Origin: Nageia nagi
Taxonomy: Eukaryota > Plantae > Pinophyta
Reading direction: 5' to 3'
NCBI GenBank assembly: GCA_050084985.1
Contig: JBITNC010000002.1
Coordinates: 24,242,001 to 24,306,000, forward strand
DNA length: 64,000 nucleotides
This document shows positions 13,800-26,414 of this stretch, piece by piece. The position numbers and the translations under genes are program-made. Numbering within the stretch: position 1 is the first letter of the stretch; each line of letters begins with the position of its first letter. Below the pieces are notes generated by a model. The model had not been told where the DNA came from, did no database searches, and saw only the letters and a program-made list of their open reading frames with translations.

Positions 13800-15590
13800 T
13801 AAAATGGAATGCACCTTCAAACATGATATCTAAAGCATGCAAGTCATGTAATATTAGATAGGAACAAGGTAGGGAGATCTACCTCTCCAAAGACTCTACA
13901 AATATAGAAACATGAGTTTACCTTTAAAACTATATCAAGAACTCTTTTATGTAGTTTTGAGCAAAGTCTAACTAGAGTTGGCAAACTAAAATAGTTATAT
14001 GGTTGAGTAATATCATATATCTATCTACAAATGATGGAAGTAGTACTCTTAACAAGATGAAATGGCATGTTGGACATACAAAACAATTTGTGGAGTGTAC
14101 AAGTTCTTATATACTCTAAACTCTCCATTTCTAAAAATAATAGAAAAAAACTTTCCACAATTGAAACCATTCAAACCAAGGTAAAAAAAATAAAGAATAT
14201 AGGTTAATCCAATAATATTTACAAACTAAACTTTGTATATTTTTCAATAACATTCAAAAAAATTGCATACAAAAAGAAGATAAGAAAGCTATTCTTACTA
14301 TGATATTACAAAGCTACTTCTTAGAGCCCTGATACCATGTTGGAAGATCATATAATAGAAAGAATGATCATGCAAGATAACAAAATATGAAAACAAAAGG
14401 AAAACACATGAAAAATCATCATGTATAGTGGTAAAACTTATTTACTTTTATAGAGAGGGAATATCCACTCAAAGCCTTCCTTTTCTTATTCCTCTCATAA
14501 AAATTTATATCAAGATGAATATCCTTCCATTGCATACTACTCCATCCTCTTCTCTTTATAAGAATATGCTACAACTCAATATGAAAGCTATACAAGAATT
14601 TCTTATATAGAGAAGCTTACAAAGGACATCTCATTAGCTGGGGCCCACATGGATAATCCTTATTTTAATAAGTGATTATTCCATAAATCTTTGCTAAGTA
14701 TTCATCCTCTAATACTTATGCATCATAAATACCCCAATTGTATTACAAATTCTAATAAGGTTTTAGTTCCAAGAGCCAAGGAAAAGGCTAAGAAAGTAGA
14801 GCTAATGTGTCTAAGAAAATAGAATTCCAAATAAGAAAGATCTTTATGTTACCATTACAAGAAACTAGGTCATTTTACATGAGTAAAATGTTCTTAATAA
14901 AGGAAAAACTAAAGAAACAAGAGGACCAAAAGAAAATATTATTGGTGAAATAGATGAAGATGATGAAAAACTTATGTTATTGGCAAGTAACCAATCTAAA
15001 ATTATTTTCATGAAGTTTCAAACATTAAATCGAGTTTTTCCAACCATGAAATAAGAAAGAATGAGTTCAAGATTTGTCACATGAATACACTTTGTGTGAC
15101 TAGAAAATGAGTCAAGGAAGTGGACACTAAGCATGGAAATAAGAAAAAATCTTAATTCATCCTATAATCTATATATTAAATAAATATTCCTAATGTGCAG
15201 TAGCTTGCAAAAAATAACTATGAGATAACCTTCAAGAAAGATGATCTTGCGAAGGTTGCATGCTTCATTTTGGAATATGTCAAATTATGATAATGGTTCC
15301 TATGAGCTTTTAATTTTCTTTTGAGGTTAGGGAGAAATGGAGTTAGTTTGTATTGAGTAACCATGCAAACATTCAAGTTGGTTATGGCAGTTGAGCTTTG
15401 GACACCCAATTTCTTTAGTTTTAAGATAATGGCCATAAAAGAATAGATACTTGCATTACCATTCATTAAAGAAAAGAACAATATTTGTAAAGCATATGCT
15501 TTAGGAAAGCATGCTAAATAGAATTTTCTTGATGGAAAGGCTCAAAAGGAATCTAAAATACTATATCTTATGAACATTGACTTATGAAAA
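13800..15590 (+). pseudogene. Copia gag / zinc knuckle / GAG-pre-integrase remnant
   Basis: CYHYKKLGHF (~14845), SWLWQLSFGH (~15375), ICKAYALGKHAK*NFLDGKA...LYLMNIDL (~15480-15590); left limit approximate. Confidence 0.7.
14326..14757 (-). mobile_element. Isolated LTR (14338-14757) with attached tRNA-iMet PBS
   Basis: gccctgatacca (rc TGGTATCAGGGC) abuts TGTTGGAA; other end TTCTAATA (decayed TTCCAACA). Confidence 0.7.
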
Positions 15591-15710
15591 TTGTCATAAT
15601 ATTCCTACATCACAAGATATTACAAAATGTTTGTATACTCTGATACAATATTTTCAATGATATTATTCATAGATTTTTTTTATTCCATATTATATTAGGT
15701 GTATATATAG

Positions 15711-15742
<32 letters not shown>

Positions 15743-17365
15743 TAAAAAAAAAACTCTAAATTTAACTAATTATTAAAAATTATATTTACAAAATAAATTT
15801 AAAAAATATATATTATCCAATTCAAAATAATACTTCTATTTAATCTCTTTATTACAAAATTAAAAATCTATTCTTTTTTTCAAATAAAAAATAAATCCAA
15901 TCTCAATCAAACAATAATAAATAAATTTACCATAATTAAGTTATCATCACCCTACTATATTGTGTGAATTAGCTAGGTCAATTTTGAAGAAGTACAAATA
16001 AGGAAACAAAAAATAATGACTTCTACGTATGTCATATTTATGTAATGTGACGTGGCGACAGGTAGTTTGGCCGTCAAAAAGTAAGGATTATGTGCGCTTG
16101 TAATTCTTACCAACTCCACTCAACATCTAAGCGAGTTTGACCTCACTCTCTAAACTATTCCCACACATGTGAAAAAAATGTAGCCGGTTAGGCACATGAC
16201 ACTCATCCATTATTAAAACAGCACCATCCTTCATCCTTATTTTATTAATATTGTCATTTAGAAGTTTTCAACCAAAGTGTTTCTAGAGCGAGGTACTTGT
16301 GCCCTCTATTGCATCAATTTTATTTTCTTATCCAAATTTTTTAAATATTTATTTTGTTATCCCTACAACTTTTACTTCTTTTAGGTTTCAAAAATTTAAA
16401 CTATTTGAGATATTGATGACTTTGCTTCACCAAACCCAAGTTTAAGATAAATAAGAAATTGATCAACTCAAGGTTGTTATAAAGATGATTGTAATTATTT
16501 ATTATTTTTCTTTTTTATGTAAATTCTTCTTTAATACAAAAAGAAAGTAAACATCAAAGAGGGCTCTCTTGAGAAGAATGCAACAAAGATGGAGTAGGGT
16601 AAAAGAGCTAGAGTGGAAGTGCTAGAAAATGTCTCTTATAAGACAAGCTATGGGAGAAAAAGAAGTGCCACAAAAAGATGGAATATAGAGGGGAAGGGAG
16701 CATTAGAGAAGGGGTTAAATAAATGTAAATAAAAAAATAAACAAACCTTAGGTGAAAAGGAGGTTGCAAAGGTAAGAACAAAAGGTCCAAAGGGGGAGCC
16801 AAGGGTTCTAAGTATAAAATTAGGTGAAGAAATCTGTAACAAGGTAATAGAGGAGAAAAAAATAATGTTCAAAGGGGTCACAATAATAAATTTGGAGGAA
16901 CAAACTCCTCTAGAGGAATTCAAAATTAGGGAAACCAAGAAGAATCTAAGTAAAGTATCAAAAAGTTTGAAAAAGAGGGACATCAAGATGAAAGAAGATA
17001 CCCTTGACAAACCAGAATGTGTACCAGCCACTGATGAGGGAATAAATAAATTAAAGATAGTACTAGAGGAAATAATGGAAGCATAGAAGGTTAAAGATCC
17101 AATACCTCTCAAAAGATCCTTTAGCACCAGATTTCATAATGAGATGCTCGCAAAAGCGAGACTGAGGATCAGATCCTGAAGCCAGAAATATGAGGAAGTC
17201 AGAAAGAACCTTGGCTTTAAAGAAATAATGTCAAGGAAAAAGTATTTCAATCTATATAAGTTCAACTATGAGAAGTAAAATTTCATTTCCTTGAAATGAA
17301 AAGAAAGCAAATTGACTTTTTTTGCTAGAGAAGGTACCTTTTATTAAAGTTTCTTGTGACATCCA

Positions 17366-20300
17366 TGTAACACATCCTCTTATTCTATACATCCAAAACC
17401 CTAAATTTTAGACCTAATTTTTTCTTGATTAGTTTTAAACACTCAAATGATCTAGGAATGGATTCAGATGATCCATATGAGCTTGTCAATGCTATTAGCT
17501 AGTAAGCACCCACATGGCAAGATTAGACAAAGTTTGGATTATCCAACCCTGATTAAATCTCTTTTGGTGTTCACTCCACAATGCTCATCCCATAGAGGAG
17601 ACACCTTAAATGTGACCCCACCATTTCCACTTCATGAACTATGTAGTAGACATTTTGGACACAACATAGTGGTTTCCTACTTGGGGCCCATATCACCTAA
17701 GAGAACATACATCCACTAGGTTACACATCCTCACCCAATGATAACCCTCCAACTCACAGGAACAGATAGTTTTTCCTAGGAAAACTTCTTTATCTACGGA
17801 AATATCATTGCTTATGGAACAATCATCATACTCGTATGTACTTAACTGCAAGTAATATGACTACTAAATTACATTCACCTGGTAACCATAGTTTTATCAA
17901 CTACTATCCTCATTTGACACCTTATCGAGGATTCGAGATACTAGCCTACCCATATCTATCGGTTAAGCTCTCCATGGAATCCAACATCCTCATGCCCATA
18001 TATTGGGGAGCCATGGGTATTGAAATAATACCCTCGAGTGGTTTGTATAGTCTAATTAAATTTTAAACAAGGTTATAAAATAAAAACCACCCATGACCTA
18101 ACGATACCATATCATATGTAGGAAGACTCAAAACAACATGTTTAGAAGTCACACAAGATATCTAGAAGTATTATAAATATCCCATATACATAGTACTACG
18201 TAATGAATGCTACTTTACAAAAGTCCTCATATTACTATTTAGTAACGTGCCTTGAGATGACACTAATGTCAGCTACTACTATAAAGGAAGTGCGACATGA
18301 AGTGGTCCATACTTAAGGAATATTCTTTTGGAATGTCATTTAGCGAGGGAAATTCAACAAATGAATATTCTACATTGTTTTCCTTCATTATCGATTCTAT
18401 ATAAAAGTCTCCATTTTAGTCGAATCAATTTCTTAAGGGTAACTCCTTCATCTAGGTTGTTGTCGAATTTATCTTTCACTCATATTTATAGTCTAAGATT
18501 GAATAGGTATTTGTAAGTTGATACACCTCTATAATTGATTGATGAACCTTAGGGACATCACTATTATTAATATAAGGTTTTCTTTTGTCACTATTCAAAA
18601 CAAATCCTATTTGATTCGTTATCATTTCTCCTTAACCAACTATCCAATTATTTTATAAATCATCTCAAAAGGTAACATGTACTAAGGTGTAAAGTATCTA
18701 TCATAGTATTTCATTTACTTCTAATTCGATCCCTTTCATTACTCAAGATTCTTTAAGATCTCCTAAATTATTTTCCATTAGAATTACCTTATAATAGGTT
18801 GGACTTATGTATTTCTTTCAATGTGTTTTAAGTTAACTTCTAGAACTCATATGCAAGTCTTAGGATTAATAATTTGAAACCTTAAATGTTTGAGTTATCT
18901 TTGACATAGTGTCACTTGTATTTGGCATCTCTTCTTTATATAGTATGAGTTATTTTTTGTTTGATACCATACTAGGGCAATGGGATTTGTACTCATTTAG
19001 GTTAGAAAAATACATTTAGGAATCACATTCTACTAATATTTTATTATTTTTTTGTTCTATGGTTAACTCATTAAAGGCCTAAGTATTATTTCATTTTATA
19101 AGGATATCATTTGTTATCCTTAAACCCATACTACTTCACATTTCATATTTACCACCTTTATATGGAATTATCATTGGAGTTCCTACATTAGTATTAAAAA
19201 AGCATACTAAAGAGTAGATTATACCCATCTAGTTATAACTTAAGGGTTTTCAAGAAGTTTTTACCAGACTTGTATTCCATATTATTATCGCTTGAAGATA
19301 TCAAGGTACATTAAATGAAAATATACCCTTATCATTTATAAGAGGGTTCCTTTACAATTCAAAACTAAAAATTGCATGGAAATGAATTCAAAGCTTGATC
19401 TTCATCTTTATTCTTTGTAGTAGATCTTTCTTCGACCTTCTAATATAGAATCTTTGTCTTCATCTTTTGATCTTCTTCCATGGTTCAAAGGAGATTGGTT
19501 CGAGTACTAAGAATGGTATAGATTTTAAGAATCAGGACAACCCTTTTGTAAGATCTATGACCATAATGCCATTAACTCATGATATTTTATTTCTTGGATC
19601 TCAGGAGGTTTATAGTACCTCTCAAGGGTCACCTCCCTTCCTTGATCCTTTGATAAATGCATATGTAGTATTTTCAATTAACCATATCTACTCTTGCACT
19701 ATACTAATTTTATTCAAACTATTTATATATCAATTTACTTTAAATAGGAATGCTCTAATATTATCTTGAAATCATTAAAACTCATTTCATATTAATATTA
19801 AGTGGAATTGTATACTTACCCACTAATCTATTATTCTTAAATTTTCATTTTTCATTGTGGATTACCTAATAGAGGAGATAAATCAAATCTAACTGCCACA
19901 TAATCGACCAATCAAGGGTGTAGCAAGTGTATGACATCAAATCCTATCAGAATGAATTAAACAACATGTTTGGATGATATCAATGACTCTTCAAAGTTTG
20001 TAGAGGCCATATGTTGACCTTCAAATAGAAACAAATTTTATTTTAGGGGTTCGATTTCTATGTGATCCATGGCATGAAACATAGATTTGCTAGGGAAGAA
20101 CATGAACTTTATAGCTTGGTAGATCTCCTCAACATTTTCTATCTGGGAAACATTTCATATGAGCAAATGTGAATTCTCTAATGGCCAAAGTCCTTAACTA
20201 ACATCTATCAGGGTGAAATCGTTCAATGTTAATATGTGGAGTGAAGGTGTTAAGCTTCTAAGAATGATAGTCTTTCAAAGAGACTGTGAATTATTTAACA

Positions 20301-21864
20301 AAGTTTCTATTCAAATTACAATCTCATGGAATGTAAATGTCAATGGGTGAGGCTAATTTTTGCAACCTTTGCTAGCATTCTCGGTATATACCACCACCAC
20401 ATGAACTCAAGAAGGGAATATGGAGGTCCATCACTAAGTAGTTTAAAATGATTGCTCAATGGATGTTGTGGTTGTGAGTGCCTAAGAATTGTTTGATGGG
20501 ATTCATATTGTATATCTATTTCTTATACTCAATGATGACAAGAAACACATAGAATGGGTTAAAAAGATACTAGGATAAACAAGCATAGCACTTATTAATA
20601 TAACCAAACTCTTAAATCCTTAGCAGCATTTTACCAGCGTATGCCTTTATAGGGGCTTATGGTGATCCAATAAAGCATAATTAAAAATGGTTACTCATTG
20701 AATGTGGTGATTGTATATGCATGTATATGCATTACGTGAGGATTACACAAGGTATGGAAATTGTTTGATAGTGCATAAAATGGGTTTTCTAAAAGTATGC
20801 TACAATTTTTAGGAACAAAGTCATACACTGAAATCTTTTCCAACACTCTTTTCAGCATGTGACTTCATGGGAGTTATAATAAGAAGATTTAGAGATCTAT
20901 CCAAGAGCAGTTAAATATTTTTTCTTGAATTTTATGGTTGTGAGTTCTGTACATGAGAGAAACATTTTATGAGATATAATATCTATCTCCAAGATCAATA
21001 TGTACACAATACAGTAAAGTAAAGAGACAAAGAAAGACTAGCAATTTCCTCCAAGGCATAGACTCCCATGACCAACTCATGTTACGAATTATTTGACTAG
21101 TCTCATCAAAATATCACAAAATACATAATACTCTTTACTTGGGACTTCCCACCAATATATTTAAATTAAAAAGAAAAATACCACACTTCTTTACTTTTTA
21201 AAGAAAAAATAAGATACCAACCATCACATGCAATATGTCAAATAAAACAATTAATAAGTCCCTTCAAATGATACAATACTTCTAATCAACAATTAATTTT
21301 ATAAACCTTTATCAAATAACCCTTTCATAAAACTTATTGAATAACATCAAACAAAACTATTTTAACTAGGTATTTTAGATTTATTATTTAAAATGCAAAA
21401 GAATGCACTTGGACTTGAGAAAGGGAGAGACTTCTTTTCATCGCATAACTTTACACCCAAGCTTGAGAATACCAATAATTAAATGATAGTAGATAGGTAT
21501 TTTTCTTAATGTTCCATCCTCCTATTTATAGCCAAGGAGGTTTCAGTATGTCCAAATGAATGTTTACTCATCCTTCAATAATTTATGTGGTAGGTTTTAT
21601 TAAAGTTGTTGATAATGGTAGTGGCATTTAATGCCTTGGAACCTTTTTTATTAACTGAAAAATTAGTGCCAACTATTGCCCATACCTAACACAAAGAAAT
21701 AAAATAAGTAGGGTCATAACTCAATTATTTTTATAAACCATTAAATATCTTGTAACATCACAAAGTGATCTTAGTCCTTTCTTAACTATAATTATTTTAA
21801 TTTTCATTTTAATTTACTAAAAACTATAATTAAAAATTCAAATTTAAAATAAGGGGATATTCCT
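17366..21864 (-). mobile_element. Possible very long gypsy LTR, or LTR with nested insertions
   Basis: Starts TGTAACACATCC, ends near GGGGATATT followed by PPT-like rc AAAAGGGAAGGC; TATA-like rc CTATAAATAGG near 21525; no partner LTR in the window. Confidence 0.4.
20340..20950 (+). pseudogene. Heavily deleted PLS PPR fragments
   Basis: ATFASIL, SILPAYAFIGA, SIIKNGYSLNVVIV, HKVWKLFD, SACDFMG. Confidence 0.65.
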
Positions 21865-21959
21865 TGCCTTCCCTTTTCAAATTTAAATTACAAAAATTCA
21901 TAATAGGAAATCAATCACACATCTTACCTATGATGGTCTCCTCATTTTGCAAGATAAAT

Positions 21960-22300
21960 TGTTAATCCATACACATCCACAAACACACGTTCATTATGAA
22001 AATTGACATTCATGACTAATTATTTTACCATGCAACTACATGATCTACGATGGTCATTAGGGTTTATCAATGAATCAATGCCAATAATTTGCTCACTCTT
22101 ACCCTTCCATTCCTATCACCAAGTCACTCTTGATTCCATGGGTTTTTTCCACACTTTCCATCTTGATTTAACCTATGATCTATGTCAAAACATCTTGAAT
22201 CCAACATCAAACTGACACAAATAAAATATATCATTAATCTAAATTTATCATCACATAGCTTAATTCAAATTGAATCTCATTAGGACCTCAATGGTACTCA
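21960..22300 (-). pseudogene. Very degenerate gypsy integrase fragment
   Basis: Weak resemblance to the C..CQ.VK.E...IPEWKW..ISMDF region, next to the PPT-like site. Confidence 0.3.
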
Positions 22301-23310
22301 AGTTTTAAAAGTGCAATTGGGTGCATCGTAACAATCCATTTTCTAGTTTGACAATGATGTGGTTATGTTAGAAGTAGGAGTAGTTTATTTTTTATGATAT
22401 CATTAAATAGGGATATGAATCGCATGTAGTAATATGGCTTAGTCCTTTAGTTAGCATTTAAAAGTTATTAGTGTTTTAGTTGTAATCATTGGAAATGGGC
22501 TTTTTAAGAAGGCTTCATTGAGCATTAAAGGTAGAATACTCCTCAATTTGAGTATGAATGGGAGATTGCAACAAACTATCTAATGTAAACAACCTGAATA
22601 TTGTGATACTTTTGATGAAATTAACCTTGTAAAGGTTTGTGAAGACCCTTATAAACTTCACATTTTTTATTGATACCAAATTAACCCATAAATATAAAAA
22701 AATCTTCTTTAATACATATTATTCTTTTAAGTATTCCATCTTCTTTTATCTTAAAATTCAAAAATAATGATTTTTTTTATTTGTTTAAGCTTAGAGTTAT
22801 GATCGATTGTATCCACACCATCAAAATCCACTTGGGAGATGATCTTGATCTCATCTACACCTACCATCAACTCAATAGGATTTTTAGTATCTTTCAACTT
22901 TTAAGAGCAAAGAGTTTTGAACTTGGACCTCCCATATTTGAGAGATTTGAACTATCCACCTCTGCAACTATCCTATATGTCAATTCATAGAAATTATGAA
23001 TTTGAAATCCAATCTACCAAATTTGATAATTTAAGAAATTATTTATTTAATTTTTACATGATAATATATGGAAAATATAAATTCATCATTAATAAAAGAT
23101 CAATTAACTCAAAGAGAAACTTAATAATATTATGAAGATGAATGCAATTATTTATTCTTACTCTTTTAATGTGAATTATCCCCTAAGATGCATCATTATT
23201 AAGCATCCCATCTCCTTTTACCTTGAAATCCTAAAATTATGAACCTATAATCCAACCCATCATACTTAACAATTTAAGGAATTATTGAAAAACTTCATGT
23301 CAAACTATTA

Positions 23311-23786
23311 TGTAAAAACCCTTCAAGTTACACCCTTTATGGTATACAAATTATTTTTGATGAAAAAGCCTTTATATTAAAATATAATCACTTTTATAAT
23401 AAAAATAAGTGGATAAAACCACAACTAACCTAGGGTGAAAAAAGAAAATCTTAGGTTAGGAAAGTGCATCAACATTATCACGCTAGCCTACAATCTACTC
23501 AAAAGCTTAGAGATCCCCACCTTTTAGCTAAAATTGGTGGATTATAGTATGATATTCTTAAAGATCTAGCCCAAGATAATGGTATCTAATGTTTACTTTC
23601 ATTGATATTTAGAATAAGTTTTAGAAGAAGTTTCAAGGGAAACTCTACTCACAATACATGGAACATTTCCCTAATTTTCAGGAGAGAGCACAGATGCTCC
23701 ACCTCTATTGCCACTTTTTATATCTATAAACAAATATGAACCCATACATAAAAATATATGACCAATTATAAAAAATTATGAATACA
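23311..23786. repeat. Possible LTR fragment truncating the gypsy integrase
   Basis: TGTA...TACA ends, LTR-like composition, begins exactly where integrase homology stops; no TSD seen. Confidence 0.3.
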
Positions 23787-25720
23787 TTAGATATTGTGCA
23801 TTGGTATGGGTAGGGGTTGAAGTGTTTCGAGGGTGCCAATTATCTCACCCTTTTGTTGTTGATAAACATCACATTCAAAAATAAATTTCATATCTTGTTT
23901 CATTCCAATATAGTAAAAAGATCGAGCCACTTGTTTATATGTCTTCAAAAACTTGGAGTGTCTTGTAAACAAAGCAACATGTAAATCTTGAAGTGTCACC
24001 TCATGATGAGAAGAATTAAAAAGTAGTGGAATCTAGCCTTTGAACTGAATTATCCCATCATGCTAAGAAAAGTAAGGTTCTCTAGTAAGGTCAATTTGAA
24101 GTTATTGAACCAATGTATGAGTAGAGTTATCATGGAGTCATTCTTGTTTAAACTAATCTAGACATTAGAAAACTAGGGAGGATATGGTTAAAAGTCCCAT
24201 AAGCTCCTTGAATTTTTAAGAAAGGGCATCAACAATCACATTTTCTCTATCCTTTCAATTTATGATCTCATTACCCAAAAGCTTAGTGAACCACTTTTAT
24301 TTTTTAGGGATTGCGATTTGTTTTTCCATGAAATATTTCAAACTATGATGATCTGTTTGAATGATAAAATATCAACCACTAAGATATGGCCACCATTGTT
24401 GAACAATGTGAATAGTTGCTAATATTTCTTTTTCATATGTGGATTTGGCCAAATTGTTACCTGATAAAGCCTTGTTGATGAAATATAAGGGTCATCCCTC
24501 CTATATAAAAATGAATCTAAGTCCCACTCTGAAAGCATCTCTCTCAATAATAAAGGTTTTTGAGAAATTAGGCATTGCCAAGATTAGGGTAGAACACATA
24601 GCTTCTTTTAATCCATGAAAAGATTTTTTAGTAATGGAAAAATAGATAAAAGCATTATTTTTTAGTGAAGTTGTTAGTGGGGTTGCAATCTTTCCATAAT
24701 CCTTCACAAATTTATGATAATACCTAGTTGATCCTAGGAATCCATGTAACCTTTTGATTAACTTAGGGAAAGGCCAACTCTTCATATTTTCAACCTTCAA
24801 AGGATCAACCTTGACACCATATTTAGAAATAATGTGTTTAATATACTTAATCTCCTTTCATCCAAAAGAATATTTGAAATGCTTGACATACAATTAATGA
24901 TCTTGGAGAGTTTGTAATATCTCATCTAAGTGAGATAAATGATCCTCCCAATTCTTGTTGTAGATCAAAATATCGTTGAAGAAAACCAAAATAATTTTTC
25001 TAATACGAGGGAGAAATAATTGAATCATTAGACTCGCTAAGGTATAAGGAACATTAGTAAGACCAAATAGAATTACTAAAAACTCATAATGACCTTCATG
25101 TGTACAAAAAATAGTATTTAGAATATATTCTTCATAGAGCCTGATTTAGTGATACAAAAATTACATATCTAGTTTAGAAAAATATTGAGTGCCATGTAAT
25201 TCATCCAATAATTAATCAATGATCAAAATAGGGAACTTATCTTTGACTGTGAGTTTTTGAGAGCTTGAAATTTGATTCACATGCACCTATACCCATCCTT
25301 CTTGTGGACCAATAAAGTAAGAGAGGAGTAAGGAATTACACCAGGTTGAATGATACCTACTTCCAACATATCATGTAGGAATTTTTCAATTTCATTATTT
25401 TGTAAATATGGATAGTAATAAGATCAAATATTGGGTGGATGACTTTTTAGAATAAGATAGATTGTATGATCATTAGGGAAACATGGTGTCAACCCTTTTG
25501 ATCTTGCAAAAATAACTTCATAGCATATCAATAATTATTGTAGTTCTTCCAGTTCAACATTTCTATGCTTGGTTAATTGAATTAAAATCAATCATATGAC
25601 CATTCCTTTTCCTATCTTTCAAATAAGCTTCTCCATACATTGGTAACTAATAATTTGTGATGGTCCTAAGTGTAATCCTTTAAGAGTATATTTGTGTTCC
25701 CCAACTATGAATTGCATCCA
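23787..25720 (-). pseudogene. Chromovirus-type Ty3/gypsy pol: post-protease linker, RT, RNase H, integrase N-terminus
   Basis: VFFNDIL (RT core), LHGFLGSTRYYHKFVKDYGKIATPLT, MPNFSKTFIIERDA, LQPLPIP. Confidence 0.9.
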
Positions 25721-25725
25721 AAGTT

Positions 25726-26414
25726 TTTAAGGTTCTATTATTTTCTTATAAAAATTTTAGCAATATACTCTCTACTATTTGTAAAAGAATCTAAATAAGA
25801 TAACAAAAATAAAAGCAAACTAATTAAGGAGAGGATACAAGTGTAACGTGGGTCACTCGATAAGAGACACATCCATGGAGAAGCTTTCAATCCCTGAGTC
25901 ACCATTAATATTCCAAGATACCAAGAGATAAACCAACAATATAACCTTTTTGTAACCATATTCTTGGTACAACAAAACCTTACTACAAAATTCTCAATCT
26001 CTCTCCAACAAACTTTCATCAAACTACACTACTTCACACTTTTTAAAACATACGCCTTTTTCACTCTACAAGCTCCAATCTAAAGCCATGGATTTATAGG
26101 AGAGTTACCATCCCAAAATACCCCATTTTGGAGTTACAAAATCATGCAAAACTATTCATGCAAGATGTAACTCCTATCTTGCAAATTTATACATGAAGAG
26201 TGGTTTGACCAAAAGTCTCCCTTTGAAATTTGTAACTATAATCCTATAAAAATAGTCAACTTGCAAAGTTCATAACTTTTGATTTATAGATATATTTTAA
26301 GTGTTGATATTTATACCATTAGAAAGGTATTAAAATTTAGATCATTTGTAATAGTATAGTCATTTCATTTTTCACTTATGGTAAAACATATTTGATTTGG
26401 TTTCATACCCAATA
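25726..26414 (-). repeat. 3' LTR of Copia-2 (LTR A)
   Basis: On minus TATTGGGTATG...AATAGAACCTTAAA; homologous to 42892-43597 in opposite orientation. Confidence 0.88.

Noticed and set aside
16648-17127. 159-aa hydrophobic ORF as a membrane protein
   Set aside because: Antisense shadow of an A/G-rich, K/E-coding strand
22355-22740. Possible small solo LTR (TGATG...CCATC)
   Set aside because: No TSD, partner LTR, PBS or PPT to confirm it
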